Shown here one piece after another: positions 1 to 10,527 of a stretch of DNA of 40,375 nt (position 1 is the stretch's first letter; each line of letters starts with the position of its first letter). The notes below the pieces were generated by a model, which was not told where the DNA came from, did not search any database, and was given only the letters and a program-made list of their open reading frames with translations. The DNA is from Perkinsus chesapeaki ATCC PRA-425. Lineage: Eukaryota > Protista > Perkinsozoa. The translations under genes were made by a program, and so were the position numbers. The DNA is taken from positions 1 through 40,375 of the forward strand of contig JAAPAO010000314.1 in NCBI GenBank assembly GCA_013115145.1, in the 5' to 3' direction.

Positions 1-620
1 ATTGAGACCAGGTCCATGAGGTGGCATCAACACATACTCTGGCTCTTTCTCATAGCATCTGCCACTCACGTTTAGCCATCAACAGTCGATCACCGAAGAC
101 TTACAGCCAATCACGTTTCTTACGTCCATGATCAGCTCCTTTGTCGTTGGGATCTAATCGGCAATCTGAAATAAATATGAATCCAATTCACCACAACCGA
201 TAAGCTTTACCGTATCGTTTCGGGGCGTCAGTGTATCCTCTATCATCTTGATGCTTTTCATGTAGTCGAATACAATATCTAAATGATTAACCATTTTACA
301 TAGAAGTAATAATAACTTACTGTTTGATCTTCTTCTTCCGAGCTCCATAAGTTTCAGCATCTTTCCATTTCCCATCACAATCAGAATCCCCATTTGATTT
401 AATCCAACCTCGTCCATTCGCGTAAAGCTTGTAGTTAACATTCTTCGATGCTGCGAGTACTTTGTATTCCCCTAAAATAAAGATTAAATAACAAGTCGGG
501 TGTTAATGAGACAATCAACTTACATTTATGCTTCTGTTTATCTGGACGAGTAAGTCCCATCACAACAACTTGTTGAAGCACCACAAGAGCGGGGAATGCT
601 GCCAAGATAGTCGATACCAT
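1..620 (-). CDS. Multi-exon hypothetical secreted Cys-containing protein, 3' end beyond the window start
   Basis: Hydrophobic N-terminus MVSTILAAFPALVVLQQVVVMG. Removing four short GT-AG introns (first 523..472) gives one open frame (...KHKWEYKVLAASKNVNYKLY...QYCIRLHEKH...DCRLDPNDKG...DWLCYEKEPEYVLMPP...) to position 1. Confidence 0.6.
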
Positions 621-1312
621 TACAGTAGACGATAAAAAGAGAGAAGTAAAGCTAAAAAGACTAAAGCTCCCAGCTCTAAATCAAGATTAATTCTAAGTAA
701 GGCAATGGAATGTGGCATTTCCTAAGCGATGCATCCAAGCTAAGCCGAAACGGTACGCGTTACGGAGTCCGTTCCGCCAAAAACCGTGAAACGCCCCGGC
801 TTGGCACCCGTGTCACCACTTAAGTGTGCCTGAAGATGTCTCTAGGGTATCATCCATTCGGTAAAGGGCTTGCGTTGTTCGCCAGAGTCGGCCTAGCATA
901 TAACTACACCTTTTACCCCCACCGCAGCCTTTTTCGACGCGATATTGTATGTGCATAATCCTTCCAAGCGTGGGCCGCTTTCGTTGAACCATTCGGACGG
1001 GATTCGTTCTACCTCCCAAGAAAGATGATTCAGTTCAGAAAGGCGCTAAATCCTTCCGATGATAGTCGAATGAATCCTCGGCTATCCCTCCGAATGCTTA
1101 TGTTCGATCAGTGGACACTGTGTACACCAACACAGGCACGTCAGATGTTTACGAAAGATTGCGCATCTGCTACGTTTTTCAAGCGGGCTGTCCTTGTACG
1201 GTTTGTTTGTTCTACTTCACAAACTCAAATCAGTATGTTATATCCAATAAGTGGAAATATTATAAATGGCAAAAGATAGTCACACCCACTAGTGGCCATC
1301 AGTGGCCCTAAA

Positions 1313-4311
1313 CTATCGTGATCGGCTATTGGTGCCACCGCCATCAGCCAAGGCCAATCTCATTGAGGCTGCAGAGCTCTGTCGAGCAACTAGAGTAGGC
1401 GGGGGTGGCGGCGAACCACTCCTCTCCTGGGCGTTACCGTTATTCCTCTCGCCAGTACTGCCCGCCGCCGCCGCAGCTGAGGCCTTCAAGTCAAAATCGT
1501 CCACTTGAGCATAGACCAGATTCATGTCCTCCAAATAGACCTGCATCTGACGTGTCGAAGTATCGGAATACTGCTTGCAGACATCCTCGTATGTCTTCCA
1601 GAATGCATCATACTCCCGAGCTCTGTCTCTGAAGACTGCCAAAATCCGGGCAGATTTTGTCGTACCTGCGAGAAGCCTCGCGGCGTTCGCTCGCATGTCG
1701 GAGAGCTTCGCCACGGACTGGTCAACCCCTTGCCAGAATATGGACACTTTATGCAGAATCTCATCAACCCTCCGTAACTTCCGCATCGAATCGGCAATGA
1801 GCGCCGCGGTAGGATCAGTACCACTACTAGATTGCTGATGGGGGACAGCCAATTGTGTGCTGCCCTTGCTGCTGCCTTCGACTCTTCCCGCAGAGGACTT
1901 CCTCATTTCCGGCTCTTCGCTCTCCGACTTCTTCCCTCCTTTCACCGAGCCCGCCGAGACGTCTGTCGGCGAGTTGCTATCCTTCTCCGAGACCTCTCTA
2001 TATCGCCCAGAACTGTCCCCTCCGTTATTTCGGGAATAGTCCCCAACATAGCCGGCCGCCAGGAAGGGTAAATCTAGCAGCTCAGCCTGGTCGGGGTCGA
2101 TCGAATCACCGTCTTCAGCCCGAGAAATGACCTTCTCCTCAGATGGCAGGTTCCTCAGCCTATCCAGCAGGGAGTCCAATCGTTTATTCGCTCGCTTAGT
2201 CCGCCGACTCGCGGTCCTCCGATTCGACGCATCGCCAGGGGTGCTAGCTCCCGAGCTCGAATCAACAAAGGATATCCTTGGACCGATATCGCCCAACCTT
2301 TCTGACATCTTCACGTCCGATTCTATCACCTCCTTAGCGTCCATGATAGCCTTCGCTGTAATCTCCCTCTGCTGTGCCGGTGGAATGCCAACTGCTGTTG
2401 TCGGCAGCCCCACGATAATCTTTTGAACTTTCCCCTCGAACTCCACGTAGTGAGAGTGAAGCTCCTCCGAGCTGACCGCCATGCCTTGTAGCTTAGCCTT
2501 CACCGAATCCAGGCCCGCCATAGCCTCTTCGGGCAGCCCTTCCTCCGCGAACAGAACCATATCAGAGATGTCTTTCCGGACCACCTCAGCGATGTCTCCG
2601 CATCGACTTAGCATGACGGTGGTCTGATTCTGAAGTTCACGCGCCTCAAAAATCATGGCCTGAACGAGCTGGGCAACCACCGGATGCTGACGGAAGTGTA
2701 TGTAGATTTGCTGGAATATCTTCAGTATGTTCAACTGGGCTGTACAGAGCTCATCCAGTCGGAAATCTTGTGCGGCCTTCTTTCCCAGATTCGCCGCTAT
2801 ATTCGGCACTATGACCTGGTTCGCTATGTCCGACACCGGCGACCGAGACCCGCTCCGACTTTGCTGAACCGCGACAAGTCGATGCTGCTGATCCTCTCGT
2901 ACAGAGGTTCGAAATCTGTGAGCCTGTTGGACATCTCCAGAAGCCATCGGCAACCCTCTAGAGTCCAAATGTTCAACCTGTACACCCTCCATAGGAGAGT
3001 AGTCATCATCCTCGTCATCGTCTATTGTCATTGGAGAGTCCTCCCCCGGCTCATGGAAGCTCGAGAGGGGGCTGGGGGCCTCGGCAATGCTAGTGGGCTT
3101 CAACACCTGTGAGACAGTAGTGGTCGATGTCATCGGTTGATAGTCGATTGCTCGTGCAGTAAGCGTCGAGTAGAGTTCGGTGAGCTGCGGGACTCGGCGT
3201 TCTGGTACCCAGATCTGCTGGAGGGCCTGGGCGGGCGGGAAATTTTTGAGCCAAGGATGGCTGAGGGCATCCTCAAGTGTGATGCGATCGTTAGGGTTCA
3301 CCACTATCAGCCTGGAGACCAGATCCTTCGCCTCGGCGCTGACATGGTCCATCTTGCGGAACTTAAACTGCCCCACGCGGATCTGATCGTTCATGTGTTG
3401 GCCGGTGAAGGGATACCGCTTTCCTGAAAAATACGATCACAAAAGCACGCCTCTCTACCGGCAACAATCTACCGATTCTAGACCAGACAGAGCCCCTCCC
3501 CCCTACTACCTAGCATAACGTACAGCAGCACTCCTAAGCTCCAATTGTCGGCTCTTCCGTCATATCCAACCTTATCCTCTTGAGCTTTGATGACTTCTGG
3601 CGCCCAGTACTGCGGAGTGCCAACCCACGTCATCGCCAGACTAGAGGCATTCTGCACCGCTTTCGACAGTCCAAAGTCCGCTAGCTTCACAACTGGATAC
3701 ACCGGCATGTCCCCAGGGACCGCCTCATAGCCTTGAGGACACTCCTTGGTCATGCTCGATACCAATATATTCTCTGGTTTGAGGTCCCTGTGGATAACAC
3801 CATTAACGTGGAGGTAGAGTAAGGCATCGACCACTTGGCAAAAGACAAAGCGTATAACGTTCTCATTGCTGAAGTTACTGTCATCTACGACATAGTCGAA
3901 CAGCTCTCCTCCGCCAATATACTCCATAACGATAAACACGGCAGCCTGGGTCTCCACGACATCATATAGAGCCACGATGTTCCGGTGCTTAAGTCGGGAC
4001 AGGATTCCTATCTCTTTGTGAAGGGCCTGTATCTCCCCCTCGAAGTCGCCGGATAGCCTTGCTCGTTGAACAAACAGACACTTCACTGCGAAAATTGCAC
4101 CATCGCTTTGCCTTTGGCATTTGAACACTCTAGCTGTGGCACCAGCGCCGATTTCCCGACCTATCCGGTATCTTTTAGGGTCTCCTAGGGGACCAAACTC
4201 AGGGGTGATGCCCGGCGGAAGGGAGGCTGGGTCGATGTCCCAGCTGCTGTCCGCCTGGTGCGCTGACTGCTGCCTGCTCCTGGTGTTGTTGTCTGATTGT
4301 GTATCGGACAT
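1313..4311 (-). CDS. Ser/Thr protein kinase (CAMK group, CHK2/CaMK-like), about 970 aa, with long C-terminal helical region
   Basis: Motifs IGAGATARV, FAVK, HRDLKPEN, LADFGLSK, GTPQYWAPE, DNWSLGVLLY. One 86-nt GT-AG intron (3509..3424) joins ORFs 3478..4311 and 1313..3394 in frame (VMLG|KRYPFTGQHMNDQI). Confidence 0.93.
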
Positions 4312-4432
4312 AGTGACAACGGGAAATGCAAGCTACTTGGATGATGATTAAATGAACTTGGACGCAAGGCTGACTAGGATAATAGGGTGGGAGGCACAGA
4401 AACAGTGCAGTCAACATCAAATTCATAAATGG

Positions 4433-5203
4433 CTACCAAAGAATTCTGGGCCTCATTGGGAACACTACCGCCGTCCGCGACGGAGAGGGAGCTCGGATCG
4501 CCCCTATCTTTGACCCACCACCGCTCTTTCCTTCGAAATTGATCCTCCTAGCGAGCTGTTCGTTCGGCAAGTGTTGTTGTGTCATGTGTAGGTCAGGGCC
4601 TGCCACTGCCCCTTCACAGGTCGTACAGAGGCCGGTGGCATCCCGAGGGTCGAGGCCCATACACACCCAACACGCGGGGGTCTCGGCTTTGGTACCAGTA
4701 CTAGTGGGAGGCGAGGAATCCTGCAGGTCAGTTGAGGCAATCACTGCGTTCTCACAAGGAGGGCAAATCCCTGATGATGATGAGCTAGCTGGCAAGCTAC
4801 CGCAACAAATAAGGCAGGTCGCCGTGGATTGTGTCCGAGACCTGGGGAGGAAATGACAGCGGAGAGCAGCGGGTGGGACCTCACTGGTGTTGATTTGGAA
4901 AGGGAGCTGGCGGAGACCAGTGGGACATGTTAAAGATCTGGAGAAGGGGGACAGCAGTGAAGACTGGCGAACGCAAGGCAAGAGGGACAATAGTCGGTAC
5001 ATGGAAGAGGTAGCATAAGCATGGTCAAGCCTCTGACGTCTGTACGGAGAAGGATGGTAGCTGAAGCTGATATGTATCTTACGAGGTTCAACCTTGGATA
5101 CCTTGTGTTGACTGCAGTATACTAGTCGGCCTCCTTTACGAAGAATAGCTGAGACACTCTCTTGGCCCGATAAGGATGGAAGGGTCAACTGAATCAGCAA
5201 CAC
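4433..5203 (-). CDS. Hypothetical protein with two zinc-ribbon-like CxxC...CxxC units; 5' end unresolved, may extend towards 5.7 kb
   Basis: 256-aa ORF containing CLIC...GICPPCENAV and CWVC...GLCTTCEGAV. No confident upstream exon model. Confidence 0.4.
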   Translation of the reverse strand: MLLIQLTLPSLSGQESVSAILRKGGRLVYCSQHKVSKVEPRKIHISFSYHPSPYRRQRLDHAYATSSMYRLLSLLPCVRQSSLLSPFSRSLTCPTGLRQLPFQINTSEVPPAALRCHFLPRSRTQSTATCLICCGSLPASSSSSGICPPCENAVIASTDLQDSSPPTSTGTKAETPACWVCMGLDPRDATGLCTTCEGAVAGPDLHMTQQHLPNEQLARRINFEGKSGGGSKIGAIRAPSPSRTAVVFPMRPRILW

Positions 5204-6195
5204 CTAGTAGCATTCTTAAACAAACCCATCGGCAGGAAACAGCCGAAGTTCTGCAATGAAGAGCGCTCTTACCGAAGGGCTAGAAGCACAAGCCTTGGGC
5301 CTTAGCCGGCTTCCTCCCCCGTGGGAGGCCTTTGGTTTCACCAGTACGTGATAGTGATGATGGTGATGGAATACTCTGACCTGCCTATAGCCTCTCCGCC
5401 ATAAATCATCAGCATCAATAGCCGAACGGTTATCGTTCATGCTTGCCGCCTGAAAGGTATCCGGTTCGATTCACCTTTAGTCGTTTTTATTTTCCCTTTC
5501 ATAACTATTACCCCTCCTGCAGTCGTCATGGGCCGGTTACCCGAAGCCACAGGATGCTGTCGAGATGGCGGCACCGACGAACTCTTCAGTTCCTGTCCGT
5601 CTACACTGCGAAGGACCATGAGTGGGTGATTGGACCGCTGAAGATCACTAGACTCTTGCTGCCTTGCAAAATCTCTCATTTCCTCAATTTTCCGAACTTT
5701 TTTGCAGACGTGTTCCTTCTTGTGGTATTAAGATATGCCTCTCTGAGGTCTATTGCTCGTCGCTAAGTCCATTAGGCTTCTAAGAAGCATCGCACGTTGA
5801 CTATTGGAGGATCTGACCTTACTGTGTATGAGAAGCCTGCCCCAACTCCTCGCGAGGGCGGCCGAACGCTCCAAAGGGGAGTGTTCAAAATTATTGATAG
5901 AAATCCTTTTTAGTGCAATTTGTAGCTCCAGAGTCCTTTGAATTCTCCATAAATCTCCTGTTCATCCGAGGGTCGCCGCTACGCCAACAGTGGCAGCCGT
6001 TCCTTCATTGTAGCATACCCTAGCTGGAGTGTCACGGGGCCCTCTCCGGCGGGCCTCAGAGCTCGGAAACATTTCACCAGGCAATAGTAGATTTGCAGAG
6101 CCTGGCTTTTAGGCGCAGAACTGCCTTCGAAGACTACCCGTGCTTTTTCGGTCGAATGGCGACTTACTCTGATCAGCCTTGCGTTCCACGTTATT

Positions 6196-6938
6196 ATGGA
6201 CCCATCTCAAGCAGGCGGCTCCTCCATGGCTGATACCGACTTTTACGTACGATATTATGTGGGCCACAAAGGTAATATAACCAAACCAGGGTCGGTCGCC
6301 GGGGAGGGGCAGAGGTTCCCTTAGGGAAATTTGGCCACGAGTTCCTGGAATTCGAGTTCCGTCCGGATGGCCGTCTCCGTTACGCTAACAACTCCAATTA
6401 CAAGCAGGATTCTATGATTCGAAAGGAGGCCTATGTCAGCCAGGCTGTCCTTAGTGTAGGTGGTATGGTAGGGTTTGTGGGACTGTTGTTGACTGTAGGA
6501 GCTCCGACGTATTGTTGATGATAGTAAGATAGCAAAGGAGGATGATAACCAATGGCCTGTACCTGATAAGGTATTGCTGAGAAGGAGGAGAGTAGCTGCG
6601 CTGGCGTTTTACGGTTTTTCTATCAGATTGGGCGTCAGGAATTAGAAGTGATTCTTGGAGGAGGTCCTGGAAAGGAAGCTGTAGGGAAGAGTCCCGCGGC
6701 AGACTCTATTATCATTTACTTTTAAGATACACTTGTCCTTCACTACGAGTAAAATCGGTTCCATGCACGACGTGGCGAATTCCAAGGACCCCGATGGACT
6801 CAAAACCTTCTACTATCTCGTGCAGGTAGCTGCTGCTCCTCTCCACTACTCGGTCTCCATTCAGACTGGTTCTCTCAGGATCTCAAATGCTTCGTGTTTT
6901 CCTTGATTGGACTCCACTTCAGAATCAAGCCCGTATAA
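6196..6938 (+). CDS. MAGOH: Mago nashi, exon junction complex core protein
   Basis: Absent from the ORF track because of 5 short introns. Spliced product: [12 protein letters not shown]|[26 protein letters not shown]...[14 protein letters not shown]|[12 protein letters not shown]...YYLVQ|[19 protein letters not shown]. Confidence 0.97.
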
Positions 6939-7093
6939 TCGTACGTTAAGGAGTAAGCTCTGCACTCGTGGTGGATTGATAGCAGCAGTAGCGGTAGCTC
7001 CAGTAGTAGCCAATCATTTCCCTACCCCCATCCAACTGTTGTTGTGTTTACTGGGGGAGGAGGCCGCCGCGTATAGGAGTTCACGTCAAGTTC

Positions 7094-8437
7094 ATGACAG
7101 CATCTGTTACCCGTGAGGGCCCGACAGGGAATCTTCTCACCAGCTGGGCAGCCCTTACGAATACAATTATCGATACAGGGCTACTCAGTATGGCCAGCGC
7201 CCTCAGCACATGTGGCTGGGTACTGGGAATGGCTATGTTCGCCTTTTTCGGTGGGCTGGCTCTGTTCTCTCTGGTGCTTCTCAATGCCATCTGCATGGTC
7301 CTGCCTACCACCCAGCAGTTCAGCTTCTTTACCGCCTGTGATGCCGCTGGGGTTCCTCATCTCAAATGGCTTATTGACTGCATTCTTATTCTCAACAATT
7401 TGGGCTTTAATGTTGTCTATTTGCAAGTATCAGCAACCCTTATAAGCACTCTCCTAGAGCACTGGAGCTCAGGCTTCCTTGCCTACAGTGGCATCGGTTA
7501 TAGATTCATTGTCCTCTCAGTGGTGCTCCTACTGCTATCACCGATCTGTCTTATGCGCCATATCACCGGAACAACTATTGCTAATGTTGCTGGGATAATT
7601 GGATTCACCTATGTGGTGTGTGCAGGAGTATCCTATGTTATTATGCACGCCGAAGCACAATCAACTCATTCCCTCTGGCCGTCCAGCGATGCCTTGAGGG
7701 TGCTGGGAGTGCTCCCGGTGTTTATATTCGCCTTTGCAGGCCATTTTAACGTGTTTCTTGTGGCCGAGGATCTCCGTGATAGAACCCTCAAGCGGCTTAA
7801 CTTGGTAGCAATCTCTACAATAGTCTTCACTACTGCATTGTTCCTGCCAGCCATGTGCGTCCCGTACGCTATTCTAAGCGGGGAAGTTAAGGACAACTTC
7901 TATGAAAACCTATCTATTGAGGACGTGGCCGTCCATATTGGTCAGGCCATTCTGCCATGTGCTATTCTATCATCTTATCCTTTGTTGCTTCTGCCGGCCC
8001 GGGCTTCCATGATCAACTTGATCGTCATGATATTACCGGATCACAAGGAGCGCAGATGGTTACATGTCTCTACTACTATTGGGTTCATGTTGGTCACTTT
8101 GGTGCTGGCTGCAACTATCAAGTCGTTGGGGAGCACTATGGCGCTTATTGGTCTATTGGGGGCAAACACTATGACATTTGTGGCTCCCTCTTATCTTTAT
8201 GTTAAGATCTTTGATCGCACTAGAGAGAGAATATCTACCAGGAAGGTATCATTATGTGCTTCTGGTGAAAGCAGCTGCGTCACCGAAGATACTTTAGAGG
8301 TCGGATTGGGGGCCAAGGAGCACAACTACACTTGGTGGGGAGCGGCTATTCTCTTCGTAGCAAGCTGCCTCCTTTACCCATTATGCTTGTCGGGTATTAT
8401 ATATACCCTTATTATCTCTAGTACTACTGCTGTATAA
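7094..8437 (+). CDS. Amino acid transporter, AAAP / SLC38-like (Aa_trans) family, intronless, 447 aa
   Basis: About 11 hydrophobic segments; TM1 NTIIxxGLL, GW after TM1, LPVFIFAFAGHFNV, SYPLLLLPAR, FVAPSYLY motifs. Confidence 0.9.
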   Translation: MTASVTREGPTGNLLTSWAALTNTIIDTGLLSMASALSTCGWVLGMAMFAFFGGLALFSLVLLNAICMVLPTTQQFSFFTACDAAGVPHLKWLIDCILILNNLGFNVVYLQVSATLISTLLEHWSSGFLAYSGIGYRFIVLSVVLLLLSPICLMRHITGTTIANVAGIIGFTYVVCAGVSYVIMHAEAQSTHSLWPSSDALRVLGVLPVFIFAFAGHFNVFLVAEDLRDRTLKRLNLVAISTIVFTTALFLPAMCVPYAILSGEVKDNFYENLSIEDVAVHIGQAILPCAILSSYPLLLLPARASMINLIVMILPDHKERRWLHVSTTIGFMLVTLVLAATIKSLGSTMALIGLLGANTMTFVAPSYLYVKIFDRTRERISTRKVSLCASGESSCVTEDTLEVGLGAKEHNYTWWGAAILFVASCLLYPLCLSGIIYTLIISSTTAV

Positions 8438-8744
8438 GAGCCTCTCCTACGCGTCATTATAGTGCTCTGAGATATCTATTATACAGACACAGGCTCTATT
8501 GTGCGTATGTCAGGGCTGACTTATTATTATAATGCTGTTATTGTTAATTGTAGGCGTCCTCTAAATGAGGCTTCTCAGCCGTTCAGGCATTCTGGTCTGT
8601 CGTAAGATTCTTTGTCAGTATCATCATGCTCGTTCTATTAATAATCTCATTTTCATCATCTTGTCTTCTACCTTTGGGTTCGGCCTGCCAATGGTTCATC
8701 TGCCTAGCTCAGGTTGATTAAGATATTTTTGCTGTTTCACTAAC

Positions 8745-9967
8745 ATGGGGTTCTTCTCTAATATTTTCAAATGTGGCAGTAAAAAGGACAAGAAGGCCCC
8801 TGACACAGCGCCGAGCACTCCGACGCCCTCAACAGAGCCTCTAGTCTGTGGCACCTGCAGGTCCGTATTGCTGTGGCTCACTTATGGCGCAATATTGGCC
8901 CTGTTTAGTTACGCCCAGGCAGTGCCGACGTCTGCCCCTGCATTTATATGTTCAAGCTGCCATGCTGTGAATAGAATAGACCGTTCCCAGCTAGGGGGTA
9001 CTATGGTTCAGACAGCCTCCCAGGTAGTAGCTGCTTCTGGGGCGACTTGGGGATACCATCAGGGGCGGCTTTTGTTAGGCACCACCGACAGGGCCAGAAG
9101 TCCCACTGGTCCGACTATCATCGGCATTCTTTGTCCCGGCTAGTGAGGTAACCCAAATGCCACCTCCTAGTGATCCTGATGAGAAGCCTTGGGAGATACC
9201 TCGGTGCAGTGTATGCTTGGAGAACCCTGGAGACATGGTAATATGGGGGCAAAGGGGGATTGGACAACATTGTAATATATTACATATAGCTTTATATTAC
9301 TATTAAGCAACATAGTAATATATTATATATAGCTTTATATTACTATTAAGCAACATTATAATATATTATATATACCTTTATATTACTATTAAGCAACATA
9401 GTAATATATTAGATATAGCTTTATATTACTATTAAGCAACATTGTAATAAATTATATATACCTTTATATTACTATTAAGCAACATAGTAATATATTATAT
9501 AAAACCTTTTACTTCCGCAAGCGACCAAATGGATTTATACTAGATTCTGTGGTATAGTATTAGTGTATTATAATGATGAATGTCATTGCTATTCTTTCAT
9601 TGCCCATGACTATTTATTTAAGTCTGATGTTTTATAATTTAGGTTATCTTACCGTGTGGTCATGGTGGTATCTGCGAGCCGTGCGCCATGCATATAGCCT
9701 GCAATGATGCTGTTGGTGGGGACCACTGTCCAAAGTGCAGAGGACCGATTGAACATCTTGTGCGGATCACCAGGATACCCAATTCAAATGCTATCACGGC
9801 CGTTGAGGTATATATGAGATCTATGGCGGTGATAGTGGATACTGATCGAGTAGGTACCCTTACCGAAGCCAAGCCAAAAGAGGAAGTCACCCCCGAAGGT
9901 CCCACCGCTACCGGGTGAGAAAAAAGGCAAGGGCCAGAATTCTCAGCCTGTTGCTGCTGGTGCGTAG
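8745..9967 (+). CDS. RING-HC (C3HC4) E3 ligase-like protein with N-terminal CxxC-CxxC zinc finger
   Basis: Spliced model: MGFFSNIFKC...LVCGTCSYAQAVPTSAPAFICSSCHAVN...CSVCLENPGDM|VILPCGHGGICEPCAMHIAC...HCPKCRGPI. A 405-nt intron (9238..9642) splits the RING. Confidence 0.85.
9265..9500. repeat. AT-rich 43-bp minisatellite, about 5.5 copies, inside the RING-gene intron
   Basis: Unit CAACAT(T/A)(G/A)TAATATATTA(C/T/G)ATATA(G/C)CTTTATATTACTATTAAG starts at 9265, 9308, 9351, 9394, 9437 and 9480. Confidence 0.97.
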
Positions 9968-10527
9968 GGAAAGCGAAGATAGCTGGCTGACCGCTTGGCT
10001 AAGATTAAATACTAATAACAACAACTGTGTTTTGGCGCGGTCGGAGAGGGTTTTGTATGAAAGCTAGAGGTGTCAGAAAAAGAAATAATACTATGTTACT
10101 GTTTATATCATAACCATTATCGCGGCAGTTTTGTTAGTGTAATACAAGATTCAGCGAGGATGGCATCGTTCATCCTTTTCTGCACCCTTCTTGCCTTTTT
10201 GTGTGCTCTGGAATGACAAGGCATTTCTGTTCTCATAATGACTGGACTGTGCCGCGCTTGATTCTCCTCTTAATCTTGTAATCATATCATCCCTACTTGT
10301 CCTCATCTGCCCTCAACTATCACAAGTATCTCTGTTAATCTTTACTGCTAGCTATCTGAAAGCAGGATGCTTTCGGAGGTAGTCTGATGAGATCATTGTT
10401 GGTAGTCTTACGGTATGTGCGGGCAACAAACAGTTGATAAACCATTGCTCTTGATAGCATAGTGAGTTGTGTTTAAGTACCTATTTATGGTGGGGGTCAG
10501 CAGGCTACCGATATTCATTTGTTATAA

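Noticed and set aside
1405-3427. Many overlapping short ORFs opposite or within long genes (also at 19.7-21.9 kb and 36.0-36.9 kb)
   Set aside because: Shadow frames of real coding sequence with no independent motifs.
5455-5480. CCGGTTCGATTC resembling a tRNA T-loop
   Set aside because: No T-stem pairing, acceptor stem or D/anticodon arms.
9265-9500. Regular repeat considered as a CRISPR-like array
   Set aside because: Units are contiguous with no unique spacers, no cas genes, eukaryotic intron context.
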